Positions 1-9,489 of a stretch of DNA of 35,163 nt are shown in pieces. The notes beneath the pieces were generated by a model. That model was given only the letters and a program-made list of their open reading frames with translations. It was not told where the DNA came from and ran no database searches. This DNA is from Candidatus Nomurabacteria bacterium RIFCSPHIGHO2_02_FULL_38_15. GTDB lineage: Bacteria > Patescibacteriota > Minisyncoccia > Phycocordibacterales > UBA9973. The stretch lies in contig MFUC01000006.1 in assembly GCA_001785575.1 (NCBI GenBank), forward strand, positions 1 through 35,163, given 5' to 3'. Position 1 is the first letter of the stretch. Each line of letters opens with the position of its first letter. The translations under genes and the position numbers were made by a program.

Positions 1-271
1 GGAGTTGGTTGACGAAAAAATTCAAGAGTTGAGTGATGAAAATTTTTACAGTACATTCAAACGCATTTGTTTGTACACGAACGATTTGCTATGGGTTGAC
101 CACCTTGAAACGATGGAATATATGCGCAATTCGGTGAACTTACGGGCCTATGGTCAGCGTGAACCTTTAGTTGAATATAAAAAAGAAGGCATTGAACGCT
201 TCAGGGCAATGGAGGTCAATTTTTTGGCTGAATGTCTTAATTTAATCAAGACAATGCAAAGGGCAGTTTAG
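1..271 (+). CDS. secA: Preprotein translocase subunit SecA, C-terminal part (5' truncated by window)
   Basis: WVDHLETMEYMRNSVNLRAYGQREPLVEYKKEG is the SecA scaffold/wing C-terminal signature; no SEC-C Zn tail. Confidence 0.95.
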   Translation, partial: ELVDEKIQELSDENFYSTFKRICLYTNDLLWVDHLETMEYMRNSVNLRAYGQREPLVEYKKEGIERFRAMEVNFLAECLNLIKTMQRAV

Positions 272-347
272 AGTTTAAAATAGCCAAAAACCCTTATTTT
301 GTATAGCTTTTTATACTATAAACACACTAAAAGTCAACTAAAATAGC

Positions 348-376
348 TTGACTTTTGACCCTCATTTTGCTATACT
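348..376 (+). promoter_or_regulatory. sigma70-type promoter for the hydrolase gene
   Basis: TTGACT (348-353), 17 bp spacer, TGc-TATACT (371-376). Confidence 0.75.
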
Positions 377-382
377 CCAGGT

Positions 383-462
383 AGTCCCAAATATGTATTG
401 GGATTTTGCTTTTAAGGCAAAAAATACCACCTTGGAGTTCCGCAGGAGCACAACCTGCAACT
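383..462 (+). promoter_or_regulatory. Structured 5' UTR, candidate cis-regulatory RNA
   Basis: Three consecutive hairpins between promoter and ATG 463: TCCCAA/TTGGGA, TTTTGC/GCAAAA, GCAGG/CCTGC. Confidence 0.45.
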
Positions 463-1005
463 ATGCATACAAAAATAAAATTAACATTTTTCCAGTCTTT
501 AATAGTAATGCCGCTTATGGTAACGAACATCCTCGCGGGTGTTCCAGGAAGTGCTACGATTATGACAGGTGAAATGAACTCTATAAATTTGGCTGTAACA
601 GATGTTAGAGCCGAAAAGATTGACAAGTACTTTAAAGATCGTAATATGCCACTCGCTGGCTATGGTCAAAAAATGGTTGACGTCGCCGATAAAAACGATA
701 TCGATTGGAGACTAATACCAGCGATTGCTGTGCGTGAATCAACCGGAGGTAAGTTTGCTTGTAAAAGTAAAACTTTCAATCCCTTCGGTTGGGGATCGTG
801 TAAAATTGGTTTTAAATCTTACGACCATGCGATCGAAGTACTTGGTCAAAATTTAGGAGGTAATAATCCAAATACGAAACGTCATTACGACGAAAAAACC
901 GTAGATGGGATATTAAAAGCTTATAACCCCCCATCAGTTGTTCCTCAATATGCGTCCCAAGTAATAAAGATTATGGATGCTATCGAGAACATAGAGTTAA
1001 AATAA
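463..1005 (+). CDS. Secreted or membrane-anchored lysozyme-fold (glucosaminidase/SLT-like) peptidoglycan hydrolase
   Basis: N-terminal hydrophobic segment; DIDWRLIPAIAVRESTGG (catalytic Glu helix), NPFGWG, AYNPP...YA..V motifs; start moved to ATG 463, downstream of promoter and leader. Confidence 0.75.
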   Translation: MHTKIKLTFFQSLIVMPLMVTNILAGVPGSATIMTGEMNSINLAVTDVRAEKIDKYFKDRNMPLAGYGQKMVDVADKNDIDWRLIPAIAVRESTGGKFACKSKTFNPFGWGSCKIGFKSYDHAIEVLGQNLGGNNPNTKRHYDEKTVDGILKAYNPPSVVPQYASQVIKIMDAIENIELK

Positions 1006-1040
1006 TAAAAGCCCCTGCCCTAAGCGGGGGCTTTTATTAT
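1002..1040. terminator. Bidirectional intrinsic terminator
   Basis: ATAATAAAAGCCCCTGC-cctaa-GCGGGGGCTTTTATTAT. Confidence 0.8.
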
Positions 1041-1062
1041 CTATAAATTTATTACAAAATAC

Positions 1063-1084
1063 AAAGCCCCGCAGTGTGCGGGGC
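1063..1084 (-). terminator. Intrinsic terminator of the minus-strand ORFan
   Basis: GCCCCGCA-gtg-TGCGGGGC with an A tract on its left. Confidence 0.65.
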
Positions 1085-1096
1085 TCAAATATCGTG

Positions 1097-1432
1097 CTAG
1101 TGGTTTGAAAGTGTGAGTGGCTGATCTAGCTTATCATCCGCCCATTCTGGTGTGGACTTTGTATGCATATATTCTGCGTACATTTTTTCATCCGCAACCT
1201 GCTTCAACTCCGCGTCCTTTCTTTTTATACCACGCCTTTTTTTCAAATTGCGTGTTATCCAGCTTTTAAATGCTGAGATATCAAGGTCTGATTCTTCTGC
1301 AAAGCCTTGATATTTATAAAACAGGCTAGTGCAGATCTTTTCAAAGACGCCTTTTGTTGATTTTGAATTGCTTGTTTTTTTGAAGTTCCCGTACCTTGTA
1401 CAGAATTCATCAATAATAAACTTAGCTTCCAT
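1097..1432 (-). CDS. Hypothetical protein (basic ORFan)
   Basis: 111-aa ORF with own promoter (TTGACA 1476-1471, 17 bp, TATACT 1453-1448) and terminator. Confidence 0.65.
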   Translation of the reverse strand: MEAKFIIDEFCTRYGNFKKTSNSKSTKGVFEKICTSLFYKYQGFAEESDLDISAFKSWITRNLKKRRGIKRKDAELKQVADEKMYAEYMHTKSTPEWADDKLDQPLTLSNH

Positions 1433-1485
1433 AATCTGTCTGATTGAAGTATACTACATTATTTATTTTTTGTCAACATCACTTT

Positions 1486-4400
1486 TTACAGTGCTTTTAC
1501 TGCTTCAATTATAATGCTCTTTTCGTCATTACGCAAGGTGATTTTGCCAGCTAGGCCAACTGGTTCAGATTTTTCAATAAGGGGGAATAATTCACGATAA
1601 TTTTTAGGGAAAATTACGGCCTCGATACATCCGGTCTTGTCTTCAAATTTTACAAAAACCATTTGTTCGTTATTGCGTGTAAATATTTTGCGATAACTTA
1701 CTGGCAAGGCTACGATTTTAACAACTTGATTGTTTTTGCCAGTTTCCAAGATGTCTTTAATTCTAATTTCAGATTTACCATCATATTTATCAAGTGGGTG
1801 GCCCGAAACATACAAGCCCAACAGCTCCTTCTCCCAATCTAATTTTTGTTTTTGTGTCGCTGGCTGGCAAACCTCTAACTGCATTGATTTAGATTCTAAA
1901 CCTAATGAAAACAGTGAAGTTTGCTCGGTATTGGCCCCAATCGATTTGCGATGCTCTAGAATTTTTTCTAAATTAAACATTAACTGGTTGCGTTCGCCAA
2001 AGTCATCTAATGCACCTGAACAAATCAGGGCCTCCATAGATTTTTTGTTTAAATTTTTGTGTTGAACACGTTCAATAAAATTATCAATACTTGTAAACTT
2101 GCCATTATTTTTACGTTCAGTGATTATGGCTTTACCAATCTCATAGCCAAAGTTTTTAATACTGCGCAAGCCAAAGCGAATTTTGTCAGTTATAACTTCA
2201 CCCTCTACAACTGTGGTAAAGTCTGAAAATGATTCATTCACACTAGGTGGTAAAATTTTAAAGCCCATGCGCTTGGCTTCAATGATCATTTCGCTGACTG
2301 TGTCTAAGTTGTCTGACTCACACGACAATACTGCACTCATATACTCTGAAGGGTAGTGCGCCTTCATATAAGCTGTTCTATAAGCCAATAATGCATAGAC
2401 GGCCGAGTGTGATTTATTAAAGCCATAAGCCGCAAAAGTCTCAATCATTTGCCATAAATCTTTGGCATGTTTTGCCTGCATGCCATTTTCAACGCAGCCA
2501 TCAATAAAATGGTCTTTTTGTTTGGCCATTTCTTCGGGGATTTTTTTACCCACGGCTTTACGAAATTTGTCAGATTCTCCGCGGGTATAGCCGGCCAGAT
2601 CAGTAGCCATTCTCATCACGTCCTCTTGGTACACAATAATACCATATGTGTTTTTCAAAATAGCCTCCATGCGTGGGTCTAGATATTTAATTTTTTCGGG
2701 GTTATGTTTGCGTTCAACATAGTCTGGGATAAAGGCCATTGGTCCTGGACGGTACAACGAGGCCATGGCAATTAGGTCTTCCAAGGTTGTGGGTTTTAAT
2801 TCTTTCAACCATTTTTGCATACCACTTGAGCCAAACTGAAAGACACTAATTGTTTCACCTCGGCCAAAAAGTTCATAAGTTAATTTGTCATCCATGGGTA
2901 TTGTCTCTAGTGTCATGTCAATGTTCCTAATTTTTTTAACCCGCGTGATGGCTTCAGCAATAATTGACAAGTTACGTAAACCCAAAAAATCAAATTTGGG
3001 TAAATTAATAATACCTTCGCGGTCACCCGTGTACATGCTGTATTGGGTTATAATTTTATTCTCACCTTTGGGGTCAAACTGGACTGGTGAAAAGTCGTTG
3101 ATGTTGCCGGTTGGTGAAATAACCACCCCGGCGGCGTGGACTGAAATATGGCGCACATTGCCCTCAATTTTTTTAGCCATATTAATAATCGTTGTCACGT
3201 CACGTTCTTTTTCATAAGCCTCCATTAACTCGGGTGTAATTTTTAAAGCACGATCTATAGTCATGGGGAAGCCCTGTGAGCCCATGGGTATTAATTTAGA
3301 AATTCTATCCCCCGTCATATATGGGTAGCCCAAGGCTCGAGCTACATCGCGCACGGCTCCACGGGCTGCCATTGTACCGAATGTGCCAATTTGAGCCACA
3401 GCATTACTGCCATATTTTGTTTTGGCATAATCAATAATTTCATCGCGTCGTGTGTCGGCAAAGTCCATGTCAATATCAGGTAATGACGGCCGGTCGGGGT
3501 TTAAAAATCTTTCAAACAACAAACCATATTCTATGGGGTTAATGTTTGAAATACCAACCAAATATGAAACCATCGATCCTGCCGCGGACCCTCTCGTTTG
3601 GTTAAAAATCCCCATTCGGGTAGCATTATTTATAAAATCCGCCACACACAAAAAATATGACGAATAGCCTTTGTCGCTGATAATTTTTAATTCAAATTCT
3701 ACTCGCTCAGTAATTTCAGGTGTCTTTTGGATTTTTCGGTCAACATAGCCCTGCTCGACTAATTTTATTAACTCAGCGTTAAATGTTGTATTGGCATCTA
3801 TTGGAAAAGCCGGGAAGAACCATGAAGTAGTGTCAATATCAATATCAACTAAATCAGCCACACCCATTGTATTTTCTACAGCCTCCGGTATTTCAGCAAA
3901 CTCTTCGAGGGCCTTTTTTTCATCGATAAATGACCAGTTGCCGTCCATTTTAAATTCGGCACTATTTGTATTTATTTTCAATAAAGTATCGTGAGCCTCC
4001 TTGTCGTCCTCGCATAAATAATGCGAATCCCAGGTGCCAACAATTGGTATGCCAAACTCGGCCGAGATTTTTTTAATTTCAGGTATTACATTTTTATACC
4101 ATTCATTATAAAAATTAGTCTCACGGTGGCACATAACTTCTAAAAATACATGATCAAAACATTCAATATAAAATTTAATTAAGTCACGTGCCTCGGCGTA
4201 ATGTTTGTTTTTTAATAGCTGTATAAATTCACCGCCTGGGCAACCAGACAGGCAAATTATGCCTGCACCATACTGCTTCAATAAATCTTTATCCATGCGG
4301 GGCTTGTAATAAAAGCCTTCTAAATTAGCCAGTGACACCATCTTCATTAAATTTTTATAACCCAAATTATTTTTAGCAAGCAATGTTAAATGGTAGCGTT

Positions 4401-4674
4401 TAGTATCAGTGCCTGGCTCTTTGTCGAATCTGGTACGATTGGCAATATAAGCCTCAACTCCAATAATTGGTTTAATGCCATTTTTTTTGCACGCTTTATA
4501 AAATTCAATTGCCCCATACATCGCCCCGTGGTCGGTCAATGCCAGTGCCGGCATACCAAATTCTTTAGCCTTTTTAACTAAATCAGGAATTTTTGAAAGC
4601 CCATCCAATAATGAATAATGCGAATGCACGTGCAAATGCACAAAACCTTTATTAATTTCTTTTTCAGCTTCCAT
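1486..4674 (-). CDS. dnaE: DNA polymerase III alpha subunit
   Basis: PHP domain [45 protein letters not shown]-terminal OB fold. Confidence 0.99.
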   Translation of the reverse strand: MEAEKEINKGFVHLHVHSHYSLLDGLSKIPDLVKKAKEFGMPALALTDHGAMYGAIEFYKACKKNGIKPIIGVEAYIANRTRFDKEPGTDTKRYHLTLLAKNNLGYKNLMKMVSLANLEGFYYKPRMDKDLLKQYGAGIICLSGCPGGEFIQLLKNKHYAEARDLIKFYIECFDHVFLEVMCHRETNFYNEWYKNVIPEIKKISAEFGIPIVGTWDSHYLCEDDKEAHDTLLKINTNSAEFKMDGNWSFIDEKKALEEFAEIPEAVENTMGVADLVDIDIDTTSWFFPAFPIDANTTFNAELIKLVEQGYVDRKIQKTPEITERVEFELKIISDKGYSSYFLCVADFINNATRMGIFNQTRGSAAGSMVSYLVGISNINPIEYGLLFERFLNPDRPSLPDIDMDFADTRRDEIIDYAKTKYGSNAVAQIGTFGTMAARGAVRDVARALGYPYMTGDRISKLIPMGSQGFPMTIDRALKITPELMEAYEKERDVTTIINMAKKIEGNVRHISVHAAGVVISPTGNINDFSPVQFDPKGENKIITQYSMYTGDREGIINLPKFDFLGLRNLSIIAEAITRVKKIRNIDMTLETIPMDDKLTYELFGRGETISVFQFGSSGMQKWLKELKPTTLEDLIAMASLYRPGPMAFIPDYVERKHNPEKIKYLDPRMEAILKNTYGIIVYQEDVMRMATDLAGYTRGESDKFRKAVGKKIPEEMAKQKDHFIDGCVENGMQAKHAKDLWQMIETFAAYGFNKSHSAVYALLAYRTAYMKAHYPSEYMSAVLSCESDNLDTVSEMIIEAKRMGFKILPPSVNESFSDFTTVVEGEVITDKIRFGLRSIKNFGYEIGKAIITERKNNGKFTSIDNFIERVQHKNLNKKSMEALICSGALDDFGERNQLMFNLEKILEHRKSIGANTEQTSLFSLGLESKSMQLEVCQPATQKQKLDWEKELLGLYVSGHPLDKYDGKSEIRIKDILETGKNNQVVKIVALPVSYRKIFTRNNEQMVFVKFEDKTGCIEAVIFPKNYRELFPLIEKSEPVGLAGKITLRNDEKSIIIEAVKAL

Positions 4675-4737
4675 TGTCTACATTATACTACTTTGTTACC
4701 GGTCAATGCCAAAATTTTGTGTGGTATAATTTAGCTT

Positions 4738-5355
4738 ATGAATAAGGGCCAAATGGAATATATTATTGGTATAGACGAAGTCGGGCGGGGGCCATTGGCT
4801 GGGCCTGTGGCCGTTTGTGCGTTTATGTTCTGCACCAGGCAAGACCTGGTGCAGGTTTTACCCAAGAATTTAAAATTGCGGGATTCCAAACAACTTTCAG
4901 TCAAACAGCGTCAAAAGTGGTTTGAAGTTATTTTGAATTGGAAAAAAGAAGGGCTAAGCGATTTTGCTATTTCGTATGTAGATTCAGTTAATATTGATAA
5001 ATTTGGTATTGTGCCATGTATTAAAAAAGCTTTAGCTGAGTGTTTAAAAAAACTTTTAATTTCTAATAAAATAAACCCCGCTGACTGCAAAGTCTTATTA
5101 GATGGGGGATTAAAAGCACCTGTTGAATATGTAAACCAGCAAACTTTTATCAAGGGCGACGAAGACTACCCGCAAATTTCATTGGCCTCGATTGTTGCCA
5201 AAGTCTCGCGCGATAAAATCATGGCCACTTATGCCAAAAAGTACCCCCAATATGGCCTTGGAACCAATTCAGGCTATGGCACATCTGTCCATATGCAAGC
5301 CATCAAAACCCACGGCCTAACCCCCATCCACCGCAAAACTTTTATACATCTGTAA
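4738..5355 (+). CDS. rnhB: Ribonuclease HII
   Basis: IIGIDEVGRGPLAGPV, LRDSKQLS, LLDGG, ASIVAKVSRD, GYGT, HRKTF. Confidence 0.97.
   Translation: MNKGQMEYIIGIDEVGRGPLAGPVAVCAFMFCTRQDLVQVLPKNLKLRDSKQLSVKQRQKWFEVILNWKKEGLSDFAISYVDSVNIDKFGIVPCIKKALAECLKKLLISNKINPADCKVLLDGGLKAPVEYVNQQTFIKGDEDYPQISLASIVAKVSRDKIMATYAKKYPQYGLGTNSGYGTSVHMQAIKTHGLTPIHRKTFIHL
4830..4854. repeat. Perfect palindrome (10-bp arms, 5-nt loop) inside rnhB
   Basis: CTGCACCAGG-CAAGA-CCTGGTGCAG. Confidence 0.8.
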
Positions 5356-5418
5356 AATCCCCTTTAAAATAAACATAAAAAGTGACTAAGGTCGAACCTT
5401 GAACATTATTTGTAATTT

Positions 5419-6300
5419 TTAAATTTTATGAGCTTTTTTAAACTCGGTAAAAGTAATTGGTTTTTTGCCCTCGGGGGTTACAAGGGTAGGGGTGAATTGA
5501 TTGTCTGCAAAAATAGCTTTGTTGATTTTGACATGTAATTTACTTGGGGGCTTAGCTCCCAATTTAGTTTGGTGTGGGTTATCTATTTCAAAATATAGGC
5601 CTGGCCATGGGTAATAGGCGCGCCATTTTGCCCACAGTATTTTAGGGTCATCAGAGAGATTTATTTTAGCATCTAATTTTTTAGTTTTATATGTTAGTGT
5701 TGCTTGTGTGTGATCTTGATCAGTAGAATTTATTTTGCCCTCTAGCCACTTGGGTATAATATTGACTAGCATTTTGCCACCAATTTCAAATAAATTTTTG
5801 GCCAAGTCGTGACTAAATTCATTGCCATTTAAAACTATTTCTTCTTGAGCAAGTATCGGCCCATGGTCAACTAATTGGTCAAGTAATATTATCGTTACTC
5901 CGGTTTTAGTATCACCATTTAAAATAGGTGCAATTTCTGGTGCAGGGCCCCGATATTTTGGCAGTAATGATGGGTGCACATTTAAAAAGCCATATGGCAC
6001 AGCGTCTAACAAAATGTTTGGTAAAATTTTGCCATAGGCTGCTACAACTGCATATGCGGGTGCGTATTTTAAAATTCCATCTACTGTTGCCTGGTCAATT
6101 TTTGTTGGCTGTAGTATGGGCATGTTATTTTGAAGTGCGAAAAGTTTAGCCGGTGGGGCCGTTAATATTTGCTTGCGACCAACTTTGGCATCGGGCGAAC
6201 ATACTATTAAAGACGGTAAAAAGCCTGAAAGTTTTAAAGATTCAAGTGTGTGTACGGCATAATCAGGCGTACCAAAAAATATAAAGTTATTGTTTTTCAT
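5419..6300 (-). CDS. fmt: Methionyl-tRNA formyltransferase
   Basis: FIFFGTPDYA, VVAAYGKIL, NVHPSLLPKYRGPAP, TGVTI..DHGPIL; start ATG 6300 overlaps the def stop. Confidence 0.96.
   Translation of the reverse strand: MKNNNFIFFGTPDYAVHTLESLKLSGFLPSLIVCSPDAKVGRKQILTAPPAKLFALQNNMPILQPTKIDQATVDGILKYAPAYAVVAAYGKILPNILLDAVPYGFLNVHPSLLPKYRGPAPEIAPILNGDTKTGVTIILLDQLVDHGPILAQEEIVLNGNEFSHDLAKNLFEIGGKMLVNIIPKWLEGKINSTDQDHTQATLTYKTKKLDAKINLSDDPKILWAKWRAYYPWPGLYFEIDNPHQTKLGAKPPSKLHVKINKAIFADNQFTPTLVTPEGKKPITFTEFKKAHKI
5544..5562. repeat. Short palindrome (5-nt loop) inside the fmt C-terminus, encoding LGAKPP
   Basis: TTGGGGG-CTTAG-CTCCCAA (one G:T pair). Confidence 0.5.
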
Positions 6301-6856
6301 TAGTAGTATTGTTTTCGGGTAAAATTTCTTCAACATCGGTGGCTTTGTCAATAAATAAAATACCATTCAAGTGGTCAACTTCATGCTGAAAAATGTGGGC
6401 CAAAAGTCTGCCCGAACCGCGCACGTTTAGTTTGCCGTTTTGATCATGGTATTTAAGTGTGACGTTACTGTGGCGCACAACTTTACCATACAGCCATCTG
6501 ACTGATAGACAACCCTCACCCTCTTTTAGGACAGTTTTTTTGGAAAACTTAATAATTTCAGGATTAATAAAGGCTTGATTAGGTATTTTTTTACTAGCTG
6601 GATTTTTATCGTCCTGGAAAATTTTACCAGAAACCATAAAAATACGTAGGCCAATGCCTATTTGTGGGGCGGCAATCGCAACACCATCACTTTGCGAATC
6701 AAGTGCTAGCGACATGTCATGCAAAATCTTTTTTATTTTCGGGCTTTTGATTTCAGCAATTTTTACTTCCTTACTAATTTTGCGCAAGACTTTATTGTTT
6801 TGATCAACAATTTTATCACCAGCTTTATTTTTTTCGTGAATAAGTTTTTTCATCAC
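6287..6856 (-). CDS. def: Peptide deformylase
   Basis: GVAIAAPQIG, EGCLSV, QHEVDHLNG motifs. Confidence 0.97.
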   Translation of the reverse strand: MMKKLIHEKNKAGDKIVDQNNKVLRKISKEVKIAEIKSPKIKKILHDMSLALDSQSDGVAIAAPQIGIGLRIFMVSGKIFQDDKNPASKKIPNQAFINPEIIKFSKKTVLKEGEGCLSVRWLYGKVVRHSNVTLKYHDQNGKLNVRGSGRLLAHIFQHEVDHLNGILFIDKATDVEEILPENNTTNEKQ

Positions 6857-6877
6857 GTTCTTTTTATATGATTATTT

Positions 6878-8203
6878 CTACTTAAGTTTTTTAAGATATT
6901 CAGCTAAATGATCAAGCTTGATTGTTTCCTGCTTGCGGTTTTGCATGTCACGTACAATAACGGTATTATCAATGGCTTCCTTGTGGCCAAAAATCAAGGC
7001 ATAAGGCGCGCCTGATTTTTCGGCAATGGCTAGCTGTATACCCAAGGTATCCTTGGAAATTGACTGCATAATTGGAATATGCGCCATGCGTAATTGCTCA
7101 ACAACATTCAGGCTTTTTAGTTTAGCCTCAAAGCCAAGTTGAATAAAGTAAATTTTTGGTTTTTTCATGATGCGGGGCTCTAATTTTTTAAACCAAGTAG
7201 CCTCAACAACACGATCAACACCAATAGCCATACCCATAGCTGGCACGTCCTTTTTAGCTCCCAAAGTTTTAGCTAAATAATCATACCGGCCACCGCCACC
7301 AATAGCTAATGGTGTAACATCAGTACCACCGCTTGTCTCAAGAATTTCAAATACGGTGTGTGAGTAATATGAAAGCCCGCGTACTAAATTTTTATTGATA
7401 CGATAAGCAATATTCATTTGATCCAAGTATTCCAGCACTTGCTTGAAGTGTTTTTTACCAGCTGAACTTAAACTGGCAATTGAGTCAGGCGCATTTTCAT
7501 TGATCTTGATTGTGCGGGGGTCTTTGGAATCCAAAATTCGCAAGGGATTTGTTTTCAAACGCTCGCGGTCAATTGGCGATAAATCAGCAATGTGTTTTTT
7601 GTAATAATTTACCAATTCTTTGATATATACTGGACGTGATTCTTTGTCGCCAATTGAATTGATATCAACGATAATTTCTTGGGCACCAGCTTCCTTTAAA
7701 ATTGAAACGGCTGTTTTAATAATCAAGGCATCAGCAATACTTTTTTCAGTGCCTAGAATTTCTAAATTAAATTGACGAAATTCGCGGTAACGACCATTTT
7801 GTGGGTTATCGTGGCGATAAACTGGGCCATAGCTGTACAGCATGACTGGTTGAGGTAATGACTGCATTCCTTTTTCAAAATAGGCTCGCATAATTGAGGC
7901 TGTATATTCTGGGCGAATAGCCAATTTGTCGCCACCTTTGGTTTTTAAAGTGTACATTTCCTTGTCGATAATATCGGTACCTTCACCTATACCGCTAGTC
8001 CATAAAGCTTCTTGCTCCATAATTGGAGTCTCAATTGGTTTAAAGCCGTAATACATGGCAACTTCTTGGGCCTTTTCAAAAAAGCCTTGATAATAGTAAT
8101 AGTCTTCGTTGAAAATATCACGCATACCACGAACTGACTGAGCCATTTCTTTCTTTGGCTCTTTTTTGATCTCATTTTTTTGATTTATTTTTTTATCTGT
8201 CAT
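6878..8203 (-). CDS. hisS: Histidine--tRNA ligase
   Basis: RGMRD, RPEYTAS, GRYREFRQF, LVRGLSYY, GGGRYD, anticodon-binding C-terminus. Confidence 0.98.
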   Translation of the reverse strand: MTDKKINQKNEIKKEPKKEMAQSVRGMRDIFNEDYYYYQGFFEKAQEVAMYYGFKPIETPIMEQEALWTSGIGEGTDIIDKEMYTLKTKGGDKLAIRPEYTASIMRAYFEKGMQSLPQPVMLYSYGPVYRHDNPQNGRYREFRQFNLEILGTEKSIADALIIKTAVSILKEAGAQEIIVDINSIGDKESRPVYIKELVNYYKKHIADLSPIDRERLKTNPLRILDSKDPRTIKINENAPDSIASLSSAGKKHFKQVLEYLDQMNIAYRINKNLVRGLSYYSHTVFEILETSGGTDVTPLAIGGGGRYDYLAKTLGAKKDVPAMGMAIGVDRVVEATWFKKLEPRIMKKPKIYFIQLGFEAKLKSLNVVEQLRMAHIPIMQSISKDTLGIQLAIAEKSGAPYALIFGHKEAIDNTVIVRDMQNRKQETIKLDHLAEYLKKLK

Positions 8204-8221
8204 ATTTTTTATTACAAAGCT

Positions 8222-8815
8222 TTATTGATTAAGTAAATTAGTTTTGCCTGGTAGATAATCAATGCGAGTAAGTGGCCAAAGTCGTAAATAAACTCGACCA
8301 ACCATCCTGTCTTCATCTAGTAAACCCCAAGCTCTGGAATCGTAACTGACTGGTCGGTTATCACCCAAAACAAAAACCTTTTTTTCGGGTACGGTGATTG
8401 TTAAATTATAGCCATCATGATTTTCTAAATAATCCTCGGCTACTGTAAAGCCATTTGGATGAAGTCTGTTTTTGATTGTCACTGTGCCATCAGATCTAAG
8501 AGTTACTGTGTCGCCCGGCAGGCCGATCAGGCGTTTGACCAAGTACTTACGCTTTTCCAAGGGGAAGTGAAAAACCACGGCATCGCCTCGGTGGATTTTG
8601 TTTAGGTTGTAGCTTAGTTTATCAACAATTAAATATTCGTTATTATGGAATGTTGGGTCCATTGACGAACCTGAAACAACAAATGGTTGCATAATAAAGT
8701 ATCTAATTGGCACGACAATTATAGCCGCAACAAGTAAAAACCTAAAAAGCTCTTTTGCATCAGTCATTGAAAAGCCTCCTTTTTTTACAATTTCCACCTT
8801 ACTTTCTTCGTTCAT
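8222..8815 (-). CDS. lepB: Signal peptidase I
   Basis: TM then VSGSSMDPT (catalytic Ser), LVKRLIGLPGD (Lys), GDNRPVSYDSR; start moved to ATG 8815, 7 nt after TATACT. Confidence 0.95.
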   Translation of the reverse strand: MNEESKVEIVKKGGFSMTDAKELFRFLLVAAIIVVPIRYFIMQPFVVSGSSMDPTFHNNEYLIVDKLSYNLNKIHRGDAVVFHFPLEKRKYLVKRLIGLPGDTVTLRSDGTVTIKNRLHPNGFTVAEDYLENHDGYNLTITVPEKKVFVLGDNRPVSYDSRAWGLLDEDRMVGRVYLRLWPLTRIDYLPGKTNLLNQ

Positions 8816-8856
8816 TTGTGTAAGTATACACTTTTTTAAACATTGACACAAACACA

Positions 8857-8896
8857 CCCCACCCCTAACCCCTCCCCGGCAGAGCCAAGGAGGGGG
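8857..8896. repeat. C-rich REP-like repeat copy 1 (G-quadruplex motif on minus strand)
   Basis: CCCCACCCCTAACCCCTCCCC...GGAGGGGG; homologous to 30579-30619. Confidence 0.7.
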
Positions 8897-8927
8897 AAAG
8901 CTACAATAATGTGATATAATTTAAAAT

Positions 8928-9485
8928 ATGTATGTATTTGGTTTAGGCAATCCTGGCAAGAAATATGAAAATACCCCACACAATGCGGGCCAGATTGCCT
9001 TGGGTAATTTGCCCAGTATTGTGGGTGTAGAAATAATTTACCCTGACACATTCATGAACGAGTCGGGCAAATTTATTAAAAAGTTTTTAAGCTACAAAAA
9101 TCTTTCTAAAAATACAAATACTAATCAATATGCAAATATAGTAATAGTGTATGATGATATTGACTTGCCACTAGGTGAGTTTAAACTGGCATTTGGGCGG
9201 GGTGATGGTGGCCATAATGGCTTAACTTCAGTTATTAACGAATTAGGCACAAAAGATTTTATTAGATTGCGCATTGGTATTTGCCCAACTGATAAAGATG
9301 GCCTTATGCGCAAACCAAAAAATATTTTTGGTGGGAATGCTACGCATAAATATGTTTTACGCCCTCTTTCAGAGACAGGGTTTCAAAAAATAAAATCAAA
9401 CAGTTTAAAAATTAAAGCCATTTTAGAATCTCTTTCTACAAATGGCTACGAAAAAACCACCAGTTTTATGGGGGTTTTGTCGTAA
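8928..9485 (+). CDS. pth: Peptidyl-tRNA hydrolase
   Basis: FGLGNPGKKYENTPHNAG, PDTFMNESG, YDDIDL, GGHNGL, RLRIGI. Confidence 0.95.
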   Translation: MYVFGLGNPGKKYENTPHNAGQIALGNLPSIVGVEIIYPDTFMNESGKFIKKFLSYKNLSKNTNTNQYANIVIVYDDIDLPLGEFKLAFGRGDGGHNGLTSVINELGTKDFIRLRIGICPTDKDGLMRKPKNIFGGNATHKYVLRPLSETGFQKIKSNSLKIKAILESLSTNGYEKTTSFMGVLS

Positions 9486-9489
9486 ATTA

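Noticed and set aside
329..356. Inverted repeat AAAAGTCAA...TTGACTTTT as an operator or divergent antisense promoter
   Set aside because: The repeat is real and overlaps the -35 box, but the reverse -10 spacing is poor and no regulator is nearby; it may simply be a weak secA terminator
1730..4581. Plus-strand ORFs inside dnaE (and similar ones inside gyrA, clpB, rpsA and the SBP gene)
   Set aside because: Shadow frames of well-supported genes with no recognisable motifs
8836..9051. 71-aa minus-strand ORF ending ...GEGLGVG
   Set aside because: Translation of the C-rich repeat plus pth antisense sequence
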